From assembly GCA_964358095.1 (NCBI GenBank), contig CAYHNW010000003.1, positions 10,306 to 74,305 on the forward strand: a DNA stretch of 64,000 nt, in the 5' to 3' direction. The position numbers and the translations under genes were made by a program. Under the pieces are notes generated by a model. It made no database searches. It had not been told where the DNA came from and worked only from the letters and a program-made list of their open reading frames with translations. Numbering within the stretch: the stretch's first letter is position 1; the number at the start of each line of letters is the position of its first letter. Source of the stretch: an uncultured Candidatus Peribacteria bacterium. GTDB lineage: Bacteria; Patescibacteriota; Gracilibacteria; UBA1369; UM-FILTER-53-11. Positions 50,970-59,526 of the stretch are shown piece by piece.

Positions 50970-53651
50970 ATGTTCGCTGTGGAACTCGAAAAAGCTTACC
51001 AGGCCAAACAATACGAAGACCTTATATATAAGAAGTGGGAGCAGTCCGGACTCTTTTCGCCAAAAGCAGAAAAGGGCAAAAAGCCGTTTACTATTATGAT
51101 GCCGCCGCCGAATGCCACGGGCACGCTGCATCTTGGGCATGCCGTGATGCTGGCTCTTGAAGACATTATGGTGCGCTACCATCGCATGAAGGGCGACGCC
51201 GCGCTGTGGGTGCCGGGCACAGATCATGCTGGCATTGCGACACAGAATAAAGTTGAGAAATTAATTGCGGAGGAGGGGTTGACGCGGCAAAAACTTGGAC
51301 GTGAAAAATTTCTGGAACGAGTGGAAAAATTCGTGGCCGGTTCGCGCAGCACTATTCGCAACCAAATACGAAAAATGGGATCCTCCTGCGACTGGACGCG
51401 TGAGAGATACACGCTGGATGAACAGCTTTCACGGGCAGTGCGCGAGGTTTTTGTCCGAATGTACAAGGACGGATTAATTTATCGCGGACACAGAATTGTT
51501 AACTGGTGTCCACGCTGCAGCTCAACTTTGGCTGATGATGAAGTTACTTACAAGGAAGAAAAAGCGAAATTTTATTATTTTAAATATGGGCCGTTTGTGA
51601 TTGGCACAGCACGTCCAGAAACCAAATTTTTGGACAAGGTGATCGTGGTGCATCCCGACGACAAGCGTTACAAAAAATATATTGGGAAAGAGATGGAGGT
51701 CCCGTGGATAGAGGGAACTGTGAAAGCTCGAGTTTTGGCTGACAAAAGCGCTGATCCAAAGTTTGGAACTGGTGCGATGACCATCACTCCAGCCCACGAT
51801 TTTGTGGATTTTGAATTGGCGCAGCGTCACGGGCTCGAAATCGTACAGATCATTGATGAAAAAGGGGATTTGACTTCTGCTGCCGGTGAGTTTGCGGGAC
51901 AAAATGCGCGAAAAGCGCGCGAAGGAATTGTGAAAAAACTGGAAGAAAAAGGTTTGGTTGAAAAAATTGACGATAAATATGTCCACAATGTTTCGCTCTG
52001 CTATCGCTGCGGCACGCACGTCGAACCTCTCGTCAGTGATCAGTGGTTCATAGACGTAGATAAAAAGTTCAGAGCAGGGAAGTCGCTCAAAGACATGGCG
52101 CTCGAAGTTGTTAAGAATGGCAAAGTTAAAATTGTACCGGAGCGCTTTGAAAAAACATATTTCCACTGGATGGAAAACCTGCACGATTGGTGTATTTCGC
52201 GCCAAATTTGGTTTGGACACAGGATTCCGGTCTGGTATTGCGAGAAGTGTGGCGAGGTGATGGTTAGCGGGGAATCGCCAATCAAGTGCACAAAATGTGG
52301 CTCTAATAATTTGAGGCAAGATAACGACACACTCGACACGTGGTTCTCCTCCGGACTTTGGACTTTTTCCACTCTCGGCTGGCCGGAAAAAACTGCCGAC
52401 TTGGATTTTTTTCACCCGACGAGCGTGCTGGAAACAGGCTACGACATCCTGTTTTTCTGGATTGCCCGCATGATTCTTATGACGACTTATGCGCTGGATC
52501 AAGTTCCGTTTGAGAAAGTTTATTTGCACGGCCTGGTGCGCACTCGTGAAGGCAAAAAAATGAGCAAATCCGACCCAAAAACGTGCATTGATCCGCTCGA
52601 CATGATTGATAAATACGGCGCCGACGCACTGCGGCTTTCTATGGTGATCGGCAGTACGCCTGGCAACGATATTCGGCTTTATGAAGAGAAAATCGCGAAC
52701 TACCGGAACTTTGTGAATAAAATTTGGAATGCGGCCAGGTACGCGTTAATGCAGAAGGATGCGTCCTGCGGACGCGTTGATTGCTTAGCCTCGTCGCCCC
52801 GCTTAGCGGGGGATCCCGCTGAGGCGGGACTGCGGCTCAGCCTGGCAGCGAAAACTCTCGCGGACAAATGGATTTTAACCCGCACGCAAGAACTCATAAA
52901 AGAAGTCACTGACGACATCGAGAATTTCCGTTTTTCTGACGCAGGCACAAAAATTTACAACTTCACTTGGGACGATTACTGCGCTTGGTATTTGGAAATT
53001 TCAAAAGGCGAACAGCAAAATCTGTCGGTTTTGTCTTACGTTTTAAAGACGATTCTGGCTTTACTGCACCCATTTGTGCCGTTCGTTACCGAGGCTATTT
53101 GGGAACAGATAGGCGAAAAAAATATGCTGATTGGAGAGAAATTCCCGACGGTAGATAAAAGTTTTATTTTCACAAAAGATGCAAAAACTATGTCGGTGAT
53201 GGTGGATGCCGTCACGGCGATTCGTAACTTGCGGCAAGAAAGCAAAATTGAGCCGGCAAAAAAAATTCGCGCAATTTTGGCGAGCGCAAAGTGGAAAGAG
53301 CTTTTGGAAGAAAAACGCGAGCCGATTATGCGCTTGGCTCGCCTTAGCGAACTTGAAATTCTGGAAAAATCTCAAAAGATCCATCCGTCGCTCACTCATT
53401 ATACAAATGACGGCGTTGAAATAATTCTGCCGCTTGCAGATTTGATTGATGTGAAGGCCGAAACCGCGCGCCTGACCGAAGAAAAAAAAGATTTAGAGAA
53501 GTACATCACCTCCATGGAGGCAAAATTGGAAAATCCAAATTTTGCTGCCCGCGCTCCGCGTGAAATTGTGGCGACAGAAAAAGATAAATTGCGAATTGCT
53601 AAAGAAAAACTCGAAAAAATAAATTCTCAACTCGGTGATTTTCAAGGATAA
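50970..53651 (+). CDS. valS: Valyl-tRNA synthetase (carries an in-frame repeat-element insertion)
   Basis: 893 aa. HIGH-type motif PNATGTLHLGHA, KMSKS motif GKKMSKSD, editing domain, and a C-terminal coiled coil. Confidence 0.9.
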   Translation: MFAVELEKAYQAKQYEDLIYKKWEQSGLFSPKAEKGKKPFTIMMPPPNATGTLHLGHAVMLALEDIMVRYHRMKGDAALWVPGTDHAGIATQNKVEKLIAEEGLTRQKLGREKFLERVEKFVAGSRSTIRNQIRKMGSSCDWTRERYTLDEQLSRAVREVFVRMYKDGLIYRGHRIVNWCPRCSSTLADDEVTYKEEKAKFYYFKYGPFVIGTARPETKFLDKVIVVHPDDKRYKKYIGKEMEVPWIEGTVKARVLADKSADPKFGTGAMTITPAHDFVDFELAQRHGLEIVQIIDEKGDLTSAAGEFAGQNARKAREGIVKKLEEKGLVEKIDDKYVHNVSLCYRCGTHVEPLVSDQWFIDVDKKFRAGKSLKDMALEVVKNGKVKIVPERFEKTYFHWMENLHDWCISRQIWFGHRIPVWYCEKCGEVMVSGESPIKCTKCGSNNLRQDNDTLDTWFSSGLWTFSTLGWPEKTADLDFFHPTSVLETGYDILFFWIARMILMTTYALDQVPFEKVYLHGLVRTREGKKMSKSDPKTCIDPLDMIDKYGADALRLSMVIGSTPGNDIRLYEEKIANYRNFVNKIWNAARYALMQKDASCGRVDCLASSPRLAGDPAEAGLRLSLAAKTLADKWILTRTQELIKEVTDDIENFRFSDAGTKIYNFTWDDYCAWYLEISKGEQQNLSVLSYVLKTILALLHPFVPFVTEAIWEQIGEKNMLIGEKFPTVDKSFIFTKDAKTMSVMVDAVTAIRNLRQESKIEPAKKIRAILASAKWKELLEEKREPIMRLARLSELEILEKSQKIHPSLTHYTNDGVEIILPLADLIDVKAETARLTEEKKDLEKYITSMEAKLENPNFAARAPREIVATEKDKLRIAKEKLEKINSQLGDFQG
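52761..52844. repeat. GC-rich palindromic element, full-length copy B, inside the valS reading frame
   Basis: The sequence is gcgtcctgcggacgc-gttgattgcttagcctcgtcg-ccccgcttagcgggg-gat-cccgctgaggcggg-actgcggctcagcctg. It has three short hairpins. By my boundaries it is 84 nt (28 codons) and encodes ASCGRVDCLASSPRLAGDPAEAGLRLSL. Confidence 0.75.
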
Positions 53652-53677
53652 AAAAGACCGCCCATCTGGCCGAGCGA

Positions 53678-54670
53678 TTGCAGTCCTTTGGGCGAAAAAA
53701 ATATTCTGCAAAGACAAGAAAAATATGTTATAATATTCTAATGCAAACACCTGAGCAATACATCAAAGAAGGCCTAAAAATCGTCGAAGATCTCGTGAAG
53801 CAGCACAACCTACAGGCTGCGCTAAACGTGTGCCAAGAACTTTTGAAAGTTAATCCTTACGATAAAACGCTCCACGACTACCTGCAAAAAGTCCAAGATT
53901 TGATCATTGAGGACAATGAACGACGCGTAAATGCGGACTTGGACGCAACCATGCATCTGTGGGACGAAGCCAAATATGACGAACTCGCAAAAATATATGA
54001 AAAGCTAGCCGCATACGCTCCAAATCACAAGCGCCTTCGTTCACTCATGATGAAACTGGCTTCTAAAGTGGAAAAACAAAGATCCAGGCAAAAAGAAAGT
54101 TTCATTGAAAACTTTGAGGAAGCACTCGCAAAATTAAGGATGGATGAACGTTATCCAGACATGATTCAAGCATGCAACGAAGTTTTGAGTATGGATCCAT
54201 TGAATGAGAAAGCAAAACGCCACCTGAAAGAAGCAAAAGAGGCGCTCGTAGATAAGAATTTGAGAGAAAATAATCGCCTAATCGAAGGCTCGGATTTTGA
54301 AAGAGCATTGGAATTCTTGAATACACTACTGAGCATTGACCCAGAAAATGCACGCGTTAAACAGCTCCAGACTCAAATAAAAAGCCACCTTTCCCAGCGC
54401 AGTGAAGTTAGTCAACGAATGGATTTGAATGAGAGCATTTTACGGATGAACGATCTTTTTGATAAATCTGAGTTTGAGAAAGTGGTTGAGGTATGCAACG
54501 AAATCGAGAACTTAAGTCCCGGGAATTTCACCGCAAAAGTTTTTAAAGGTAAGGCTGAGAAAATAATGCAAAAAGAGAGTAATCGGCTCATAGTCAAACA
54601 ACTAAAAGAAACTTGGGCTGCAATGAAACCCGATTACAAAAAGAATAAGGCGGCGTACGTGAGGGTATAG
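53678..54670 (+). CDS. TPR-like helical repeat protein
   Basis: 330-aa track ORF. The true start may be ATG 53741 (MQTPEQYIKEG), which lies 9 nt after a TATAAT. Repeats include CQELLKVNPYD, CNEVLSMDPLNEKA, LNTLLSIDPENARV and CNEIENLSPGN. Confidence 0.6.
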   Translation: MQSFGRKKYSAKTRKICYNILMQTPEQYIKEGLKIVEDLVKQHNLQAALNVCQELLKVNPYDKTLHDYLQKVQDLIIEDNERRVNADLDATMHLWDEAKYDELAKIYEKLAAYAPNHKRLRSLMMKLASKVEKQRSRQKESFIENFEEALAKLRMDERYPDMIQACNEVLSMDPLNEKAKRHLKEAKEALVDKNLRENNRLIEGSDFERALEFLNTLLSIDPENARVKQLQTQIKSHLSQRSEVSQRMDLNESILRMNDLFDKSEFEKVVEVCNEIENLSPGNFTAKVFKGKAEKIMQKESNRLIVKQLKETWAAMKPDYKKNKAAYVRV

Positions 54671-54673
54671 GCG

Positions 54674-55963
54674 TTAAAACCTTACAATCATCTTCTCCCG
54701 ACTTCGGCCTGTGCCTATAAACATTATCGGGCAGCCAACTAACTGCTCCAAGCGCTGAATGTATTTTTTGCAGTTTTCCGGCAGGTCTTCAAAAGTTTTT
54801 GCCGCGGAAGTATCTGCCTGCCAACCTGGCATTTCTTCATACTCAATTTCGCATTTGTCCAAAAGTGAAAGATCTGCGGGGAATTCTGTGAGACGTTTGC
54901 CGTCGGCGCATTTATACGCGATGCCGATTTTTATTGAGGGTAGGGAATTTAGCACATCAACCTTTGTGAGATTTATTGCCGTGTAGCCGTTGATTCTTTG
55001 GGAATATCGAGCGGCTACAGCGTCAAACCAGCCGCATCTGCGCGGACGACCCGTGGTTGCGCCAAATTCAGCGCCGGCTTTGCGAATGCTTTCGCCAAGT
55101 TCGTTGTCCAGTTCCGTTGGAAAAGACCCGCTGCCAACGCGAGTAAAATACGCTTTCATAATTCCAATTGCGCTCTTTAATTTGCTTGGCGCAACGCCGC
55201 TGCCGGCCAAAATTCCGCCGAGAGACGCGTTTGAAGAAGTCACAAATGGATAAGTGCCATGATCAATGTCCAATAAAACGCCATTCGCACCTTCCATCAA
55301 AATTGTTTTTCCAGCTTTGAGCGCATTATCCAGCATGAACGAAGAATCCATAATCAAAGGCAGGATCTGCGGCAAAATTTTCTTAATCTGCGCAAGTTCC
55401 GCGTCTATATCATAATTAAAAGAGTACATTTTTTGGAGCATTCCGACAGTCTGGCGAAAATGTTTTTCGAACTCCGCAAAATTCAACAACTCACCGGCGC
55501 GAATTCCAATGCGAGACGTTTTATCGCTATATGCAGGCCCAATGCCGCGGCCGGTCGTGCCAACTTTTGCGCCGCCCTTCATTTCTTCCTGCATTTTGTC
55601 CACAATTTTGTGATATTCAAAAACCAAATGCGCGCGATCAGACAAAAAGAGCCTTCCGGAAACCTCAATTCCGGCCTTAATCAAAACGTCCAACTCTTCA
55701 AGCAAAGTAGGCAAGTGCACCACCATTCCGTTTCCCATCACGCAAATCTTGCCCGGGTGCAACATTCCGGCAGGCACAAGGTGAAAAACAAATTTCTTGT
55801 CGCCAATATAAATGGTGTGTCCGGCATTTGCACCACCGGTGGCACGCGCCACAATGTCGTAGCTTTCGGCCAAAATATCCACCAATTTGCCTTTTCCTTC
55901 GTCACCCCACTGAGCGCCAACCACGGCTGTAACTTGGCCAAGTTTGCTTGTGATTTGTGTCAT
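54674..55963 (-). CDS. purA: Adenylosuccinate synthetase
   Basis: 429 aa. GAQWGDEGKGKLVD, GGANAGHT, TTGRGIGPAY and GATTGRPRRCGW. Confidence 0.9.
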   Translation of the reverse strand: MTQITSKLGQVTAVVGAQWGDEGKGKLVDILAESYDIVARATGGANAGHTIYIGDKKFVFHLVPAGMLHPGKICVMGNGMVVHLPTLLEELDVLIKAGIEVSGRLFLSDRAHLVFEYHKIVDKMQEEMKGGAKVGTTGRGIGPAYSDKTSRIGIRAGELLNFAEFEKHFRQTVGMLQKMYSFNYDIDAELAQIKKILPQILPLIMDSSFMLDNALKAGKTILMEGANGVLLDIDHGTYPFVTSSNASLGGILAGSGVAPSKLKSAIGIMKAYFTRVGSGSFPTELDNELGESIRKAGAEFGATTGRPRRCGWFDAVAARYSQRINGYTAINLTKVDVLNSLPSIKIGIAYKCADGKRLTEFPADLSLLDKCEIEYEEMPGWQADTSAAKTFEDLPENCKKYIQRLEQLVGCPIMFIGTGRSREKMIVRF

Positions 55964-56017
55964 ATGGCCGCATTATAGCAGTTAAAAAGGTGCTGTAAAA
56001 AAATTAAGCGCGTGTAG

Positions 56018-56061
56018 AAAAAACGAATTGTGGGTCTAGTGGGTTCCACAATTCGTTTTTT
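56018..56061. terminator. Bidirectional intrinsic terminator between glnA and purA
   Basis: aaaaaacgaattgtgg / 12-nt loop / ccacaattcgtttttt. This is a perfect 16-bp stem that includes the A6 and T6 runs, symmetric on both strands. Confidence 0.65.
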
Positions 56062-56101
56062 CGGAACTAGGCGAAATCTTTTTTACAGCACAACAATATT
56101 A

Positions 56102-56144
56102 GGGGATGTGCGAAGGGGAATTTCTATCAAGAAATTCCCCTTCG
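56102..56144 (-). repeat. Conserved stem-loop element, copy 2, 2 nt after the glnA stop
   Basis: ggggatgtg + cgaaggggaatttc / tatcaa / gaaattccccttcg. See copy 1 at 5357-5398. Confidence 0.6.
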
Positions 56145-56146
56145 AT

Positions 56147-57622
56147 TTAAAACTGATTCCACAAAATCTGATTGCGAACTTCATGGTGATACCAAACTTC
56201 GCCGCTCTTTACGCGGATGCCGAGCGCCGCCGGACATCTGTGCGCAGCGGATTCCTTAAGTTCGGCAAATTTATGATGATTTAATTCACCCATAACATTT
56301 TTTGCAAAATCACTGGCGCGGAAATATGCCAACGCTTCATAAATGGTTCCAGGAAGTTTTTTTACCGACCCATTAAACACGTCGCGATATCCGGCAAAAA
56401 TCTGTTCGTCCGCCTCTACTCCTCTAAAACCGGCTTTAAGAATCATATAAAACGTAAGATACGGATTTGCGTCCGGCGCCACAGTGCGAACTTCAATGCG
56501 CGCGGACTTTTCGTTGCCAATCGGAATTCTAATCATCGAACCACGATCCGACGCCGAAACTTTTATTTCATTCGGAGCTTCAAAATGCGGATCCAACCTG
56601 CGATAAGCATTCACGCTGGAATTTAAAACCAGGCAAATGTCATTTCCATAATGCAAAACGCCCGTCAAAAACTTATGCGCCTTCTCTGACAAATTATCTT
56701 TTCCGCCGGCTTCGTAAAAAATATTTCTGCCATTTTGGTTTATCGAAATATTGCTGTGCATGCCGCTGCCATTGATCCCCGGAATCGGTTTTGGCAAAAA
56801 ACAGGCTGTGTAACCAAAAGTTTTTGCGATTTGGCGAGCCAAAACTTTATAAAGCTGAACGTAATCGGCGGCGTGCAAAACTTCGGTATATTTATAATTC
56901 GTTTCAAACTGCGACGGCGCAACTTCCGGATGATCTTTCTCATTTTCAAAAGCCATCGAGCGTGTAGCCTCCGCCAAGCGATCAATAAACTGGCGCAACT
57001 TATCTTGCGGCAAAACATTAAAATATCCGCCTTCCGATGCCAATTTAAATCCAATTTTGTCGTCAAAATGCTGTTCTGAATCTTCTCCGCTGAGTAAAAA
57101 TCCCTCAATTTCCGGCGCTACGTTCACGGTCATGCCCTGCCTCCCCAGTTCTTCGGTAAATTTCTTCAAGACAACGCGGTAATCGCTGGTATATGGCGTG
57201 CCATCCTGGTCATATACATCGGCAAAAACCAAAACTTTTCCGGCACCAAAAATATCTGCCGGCAACCAGCGGAAGGTTGTCCAGTCCAGTTTTAAGCGCA
57301 AATCCGATGTGTTTTGCGTGGAAAAACCGCGAATAGACGATCCGTCAAACGTTAAATTATTCTCCGATTCCAAAACGTATTTTTTATTATAATCGAGCAT
57401 ATGGAATTTGCCTTCCAAATCAGAAAAACACACGATTAAAGCCTTCACACCATCGTCATTCGTTATCTCACTCCTCAGTTCCATTGCGAACTCATCACTT
57501 GTTTTTCCAGCCTCACGCCCTCTTTTTATTCTCAGATTTCGTTCTTCCAATTCGCTATAACTTATTGTGCGAAAAGTCGCGGAGTCTTTTAGCCGCGGTG
57601 TTGGAGTAAATGGTTCCGTCAT
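56147..57622 (-). CDS. glnA: Glutamine synthetase
   Basis: 491 aa. FDGSSIRGF, PEIEGFL, KPIPGINGSGMHSNISI, and SDRGSMIRIP...RIEVRTVAPDANPYL. Confidence 0.85.
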   Translation of the reverse strand: MTEPFTPTPRLKDSATFRTISYSELEERNLRIKRGREAGKTSDEFAMELRSEITNDDGVKALIVCFSDLEGKFHMLDYNKKYVLESENNLTFDGSSIRGFSTQNTSDLRLKLDWTTFRWLPADIFGAGKVLVFADVYDQDGTPYTSDYRVVLKKFTEELGRQGMTVNVAPEIEGFLLSGEDSEQHFDDKIGFKLASEGGYFNVLPQDKLRQFIDRLAEATRSMAFENEKDHPEVAPSQFETNYKYTEVLHAADYVQLYKVLARQIAKTFGYTACFLPKPIPGINGSGMHSNISINQNGRNIFYEAGGKDNLSEKAHKFLTGVLHYGNDICLVLNSSVNAYRRLDPHFEAPNEIKVSASDRGSMIRIPIGNEKSARIEVRTVAPDANPYLTFYMILKAGFRGVEADEQIFAGYRDVFNGSVKKLPGTIYEALAYFRASDFAKNVMGELNHHKFAELKESAAHRCPAALGIRVKSGEVWYHHEVRNQILWNQF

Positions 57623-57735
57623 AGTTTTGAATTAAGGATTAAACGCCACCAAGTTATTCAAATGTGGTGTGCCCCGCAAGGGTAAAGCATCAAGCCAAAA
57701 AAAGTGTTTAGACTTTAAACAACAGGTTCACTTCT

Positions 57736-58560
57736 TTGCACGTTGCCTTTAAAAACGCTTTGCCTTACAATTGTGTTGAAAAATTTTACACCACAATTGC
57801 CTTGAAAGACGATTTAAATCATGTTCTTACGAATTTGGGGTTTGAGCCCAAAGAAGCGGCCGTTTATTTGGCGCTGCTCGAACTTGGCAAAGGCAGCATT
57901 TTGGAAATCGCCCGCGCCTCCGGCGTCAATAGAGCATCCATTTATTACATAATTGAAGGGATGAAAAAGCGCGGTTTTGTTACGCAAATAGAAGGCAGTG
58001 GCGGCGTTCACATATATATGCCAACCGATCCGCGACTGCTTTTGGCACGTGAAAAACAGCACGTGAAAGAGCTTGAAGCCGTGGTTCCAAATTTGAAGGC
58101 GCTGGCAAACAACACGGGTCATCGCCCAAGCGTGCGGTTTTTTGAGGAACTGGAAGGCGTAAAGGCAATTTACGAAGATACGCTTTCGGCAAAAACGGAA
58201 ATATTGAATTACGCAAATTCGCAAGAAATTCGTGACCACTGGCCAAATTATGACAGCGAATATGTGGCAAAACGCGCCGAAAAAAAAATCTGGCTGCGTG
58301 GCATTGCTCCGGACGACGACGGCGGACGACGCGTGCAGGCCGAAGATCCCAAATTTCACCGCGAAATTCGCCTTATTGATCCAAAAAAACTGCCATTCAA
58401 CAACGAAATCAACATTTACGACAATAAAATCTCCATGGTTTCCTTCATCAAGCCCATTTTCGGCGTAATCATTGAAAGTAAGGCACTGGCGGAAACACAA
58501 CGCTCCATATTTGAGATGGCTTGGAGTTTTGCCGGAAAGGCTGATAAAATCGGGTCATGA
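57736..58560 (+). CDS. TrmB-family transcriptional regulator
   Basis: N-terminal winged HTH LGFEPKEAAVYLALLELGKGSILEIARASGVNRASIYYIIEGMKKRGFV. The track start is TTG 57736; the in-frame TTG at 57802 (M-KDDLNHVL) is equally plausible. The stop overlaps the purC start (ATGA). Confidence 0.7.
   Translation: MHVAFKNALPYNCVEKFYTTIALKDDLNHVLTNLGFEPKEAAVYLALLELGKGSILEIARASGVNRASIYYIIEGMKKRGFVTQIEGSGGVHIYMPTDPRLLLAREKQHVKELEAVVPNLKALANNTGHRPSVRFFEELEGVKAIYEDTLSAKTEILNYANSQEIRDHWPNYDSEYVAKRAEKKIWLRGIAPDDDGGRRVQAEDPKFHREIRLIDPKKLPFNNEINIYDNKISMVSFIKPIFGVIIESKALAETQRSIFEMAWSFAGKADKIGS
57768..57799. promoter_or_regulatory. Perfect 8-bp inverted repeat just upstream of (or within the first codons of) the TrmB-family gene; candidate operator
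   Basis: caattgtg at 57768-57775 and cacaattg at 57792-57799, separated by a 16-nt AT-rich spacer. Confidence 0.35.
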
Positions 58561-59522
58561 TTACACCGCAACAACTACAGGCACAACTGGCGTACACTTT
58601 AAAGGGCACGGATTTGCCGAGTCTTGGACACAAATATGAGGGCAAAGTGCGCGACAATTACACAAAAGCTCATCACCGCGTGATAATTGTAACGGACAGG
58701 CTTTCTGCTTTTGATCGCGTTATCACGACGATCCCTTTTAAGGGTCAAGTTCTCAACCAAATTAGTAAATTTTGGTTTGAAGAAACAAAAGATATTATAG
58801 GAAATCACGTTATTGAATTTCCTGATCCGAACGTGGTTGTTGGCCACGAGTGCAAACCGCTGATGGTAGAAATGGTTGTTCGCGGATACATCACCGGCGT
58901 TACTACGACTTCGGCTTGGTATAACTACGAAAAAGGCGTGCGAAATTTTTGCGGAAATGTTTTGCCGGAAGGGCTTAAGAAGAATCAGAAACTGGATCAT
59001 CCCATTATTACGCCATCTACAAAAGCGGAACACGGCGGGCATGACGAATCGGTGAGCGGAGAAGAAGTAATGAAGCGCGGAATTTTGACGAAGGAGCAAT
59101 GGGAGCGTTTATCTAGCGCAGTTTTGGCTTTATATAAGCGCGGAGTTGAGATTTGCGCCAAACAGGGGATTATTTTGGTTGATACAAAATATGAGCTTGG
59201 AATTGCACCAAGCGGCGAAATTATTTTGATTGATGAAATTCACACGCCGGATTCTTCTCGTTTTTGGTTTGCGAATGAATATGAAAAAAGATTGAAGGCC
59301 GGAGAAGAGCAGAAAAAAATTGATAAAGAATATTTGCGCGAGTGGTTGGCAGATCGTGGGTTCCGCGGCGAAGGCGAAATCCCGACAATTCCGGACGAAA
59401 TTCGCGTGGAGACTGGCCGCCGCTACATTGAGGCATACGAGCTAATCACCGGCCAAGAATTCCATGCGGAAGTTGGCCATGTAGAAGAAAGACTGAAGAA
59501 AAATCTGGCGAAGTATTTATAA
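58557..59522 (+). CDS. purC: SAICAR synthetase (long form)
   Basis: 321 aa. YEGKVRDNY, DRLSAFD, GYITG, LVDTKYELG and IDEIHTPDSSRFW. Confidence 0.85.
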   Translation: MITPQQLQAQLAYTLKGTDLPSLGHKYEGKVRDNYTKAHHRVIIVTDRLSAFDRVITTIPFKGQVLNQISKFWFEETKDIIGNHVIEFPDPNVVVGHECKPLMVEMVVRGYITGVTTTSAWYNYEKGVRNFCGNVLPEGLKKNQKLDHPIITPSTKAEHGGHDESVSGEEVMKRGILTKEQWERLSSAVLALYKRGVEICAKQGIILVDTKYELGIAPSGEIILIDEIHTPDSSRFWFANEYEKRLKAGEEQKKIDKEYLREWLADRGFRGEGEIPTIPDEIRVETGRRYIEAYELITGQEFHAEVGHVEERLKKNLAKYL

Positions 59523-59526
59523 TTCT

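Noticed and set aside
50859-51227. 122-aa minus-strand ORF spanning the rpsB-valS spacer
   Set aside because: It covers the repeat element and the antisense of the valS start. The composition is His/Arg-rich nonsense.
51522-52529. 335-aa minus-strand ORF
   Set aside because: It lies entirely antisense to valS, whose motifs are unambiguous. The translated sequence is low-complexity with no motif. It is a shadow ORF.
53659-53694. Terminator after valS (cgccca...tgggcg)
   Set aside because: The stem is only 6 bp with a 24-nt loop, and it is followed by an A-run rather than a T-run on the valS strand.
56111-56144. Reading the post-stop hairpins as ordinary intrinsic terminators
   Set aside because: No U-run follows in either copy, and glnA has a canonical A6-stem-T6 terminator 85 nt further on. 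They are kept as a separate structured element.
57814-58500. 228-aa minus-strand ORF
   Set aside because: It is antisense to the TrmB-family gene, which has a clear HTH and is coupled to purC. No motifs. It is a shadow ORF.
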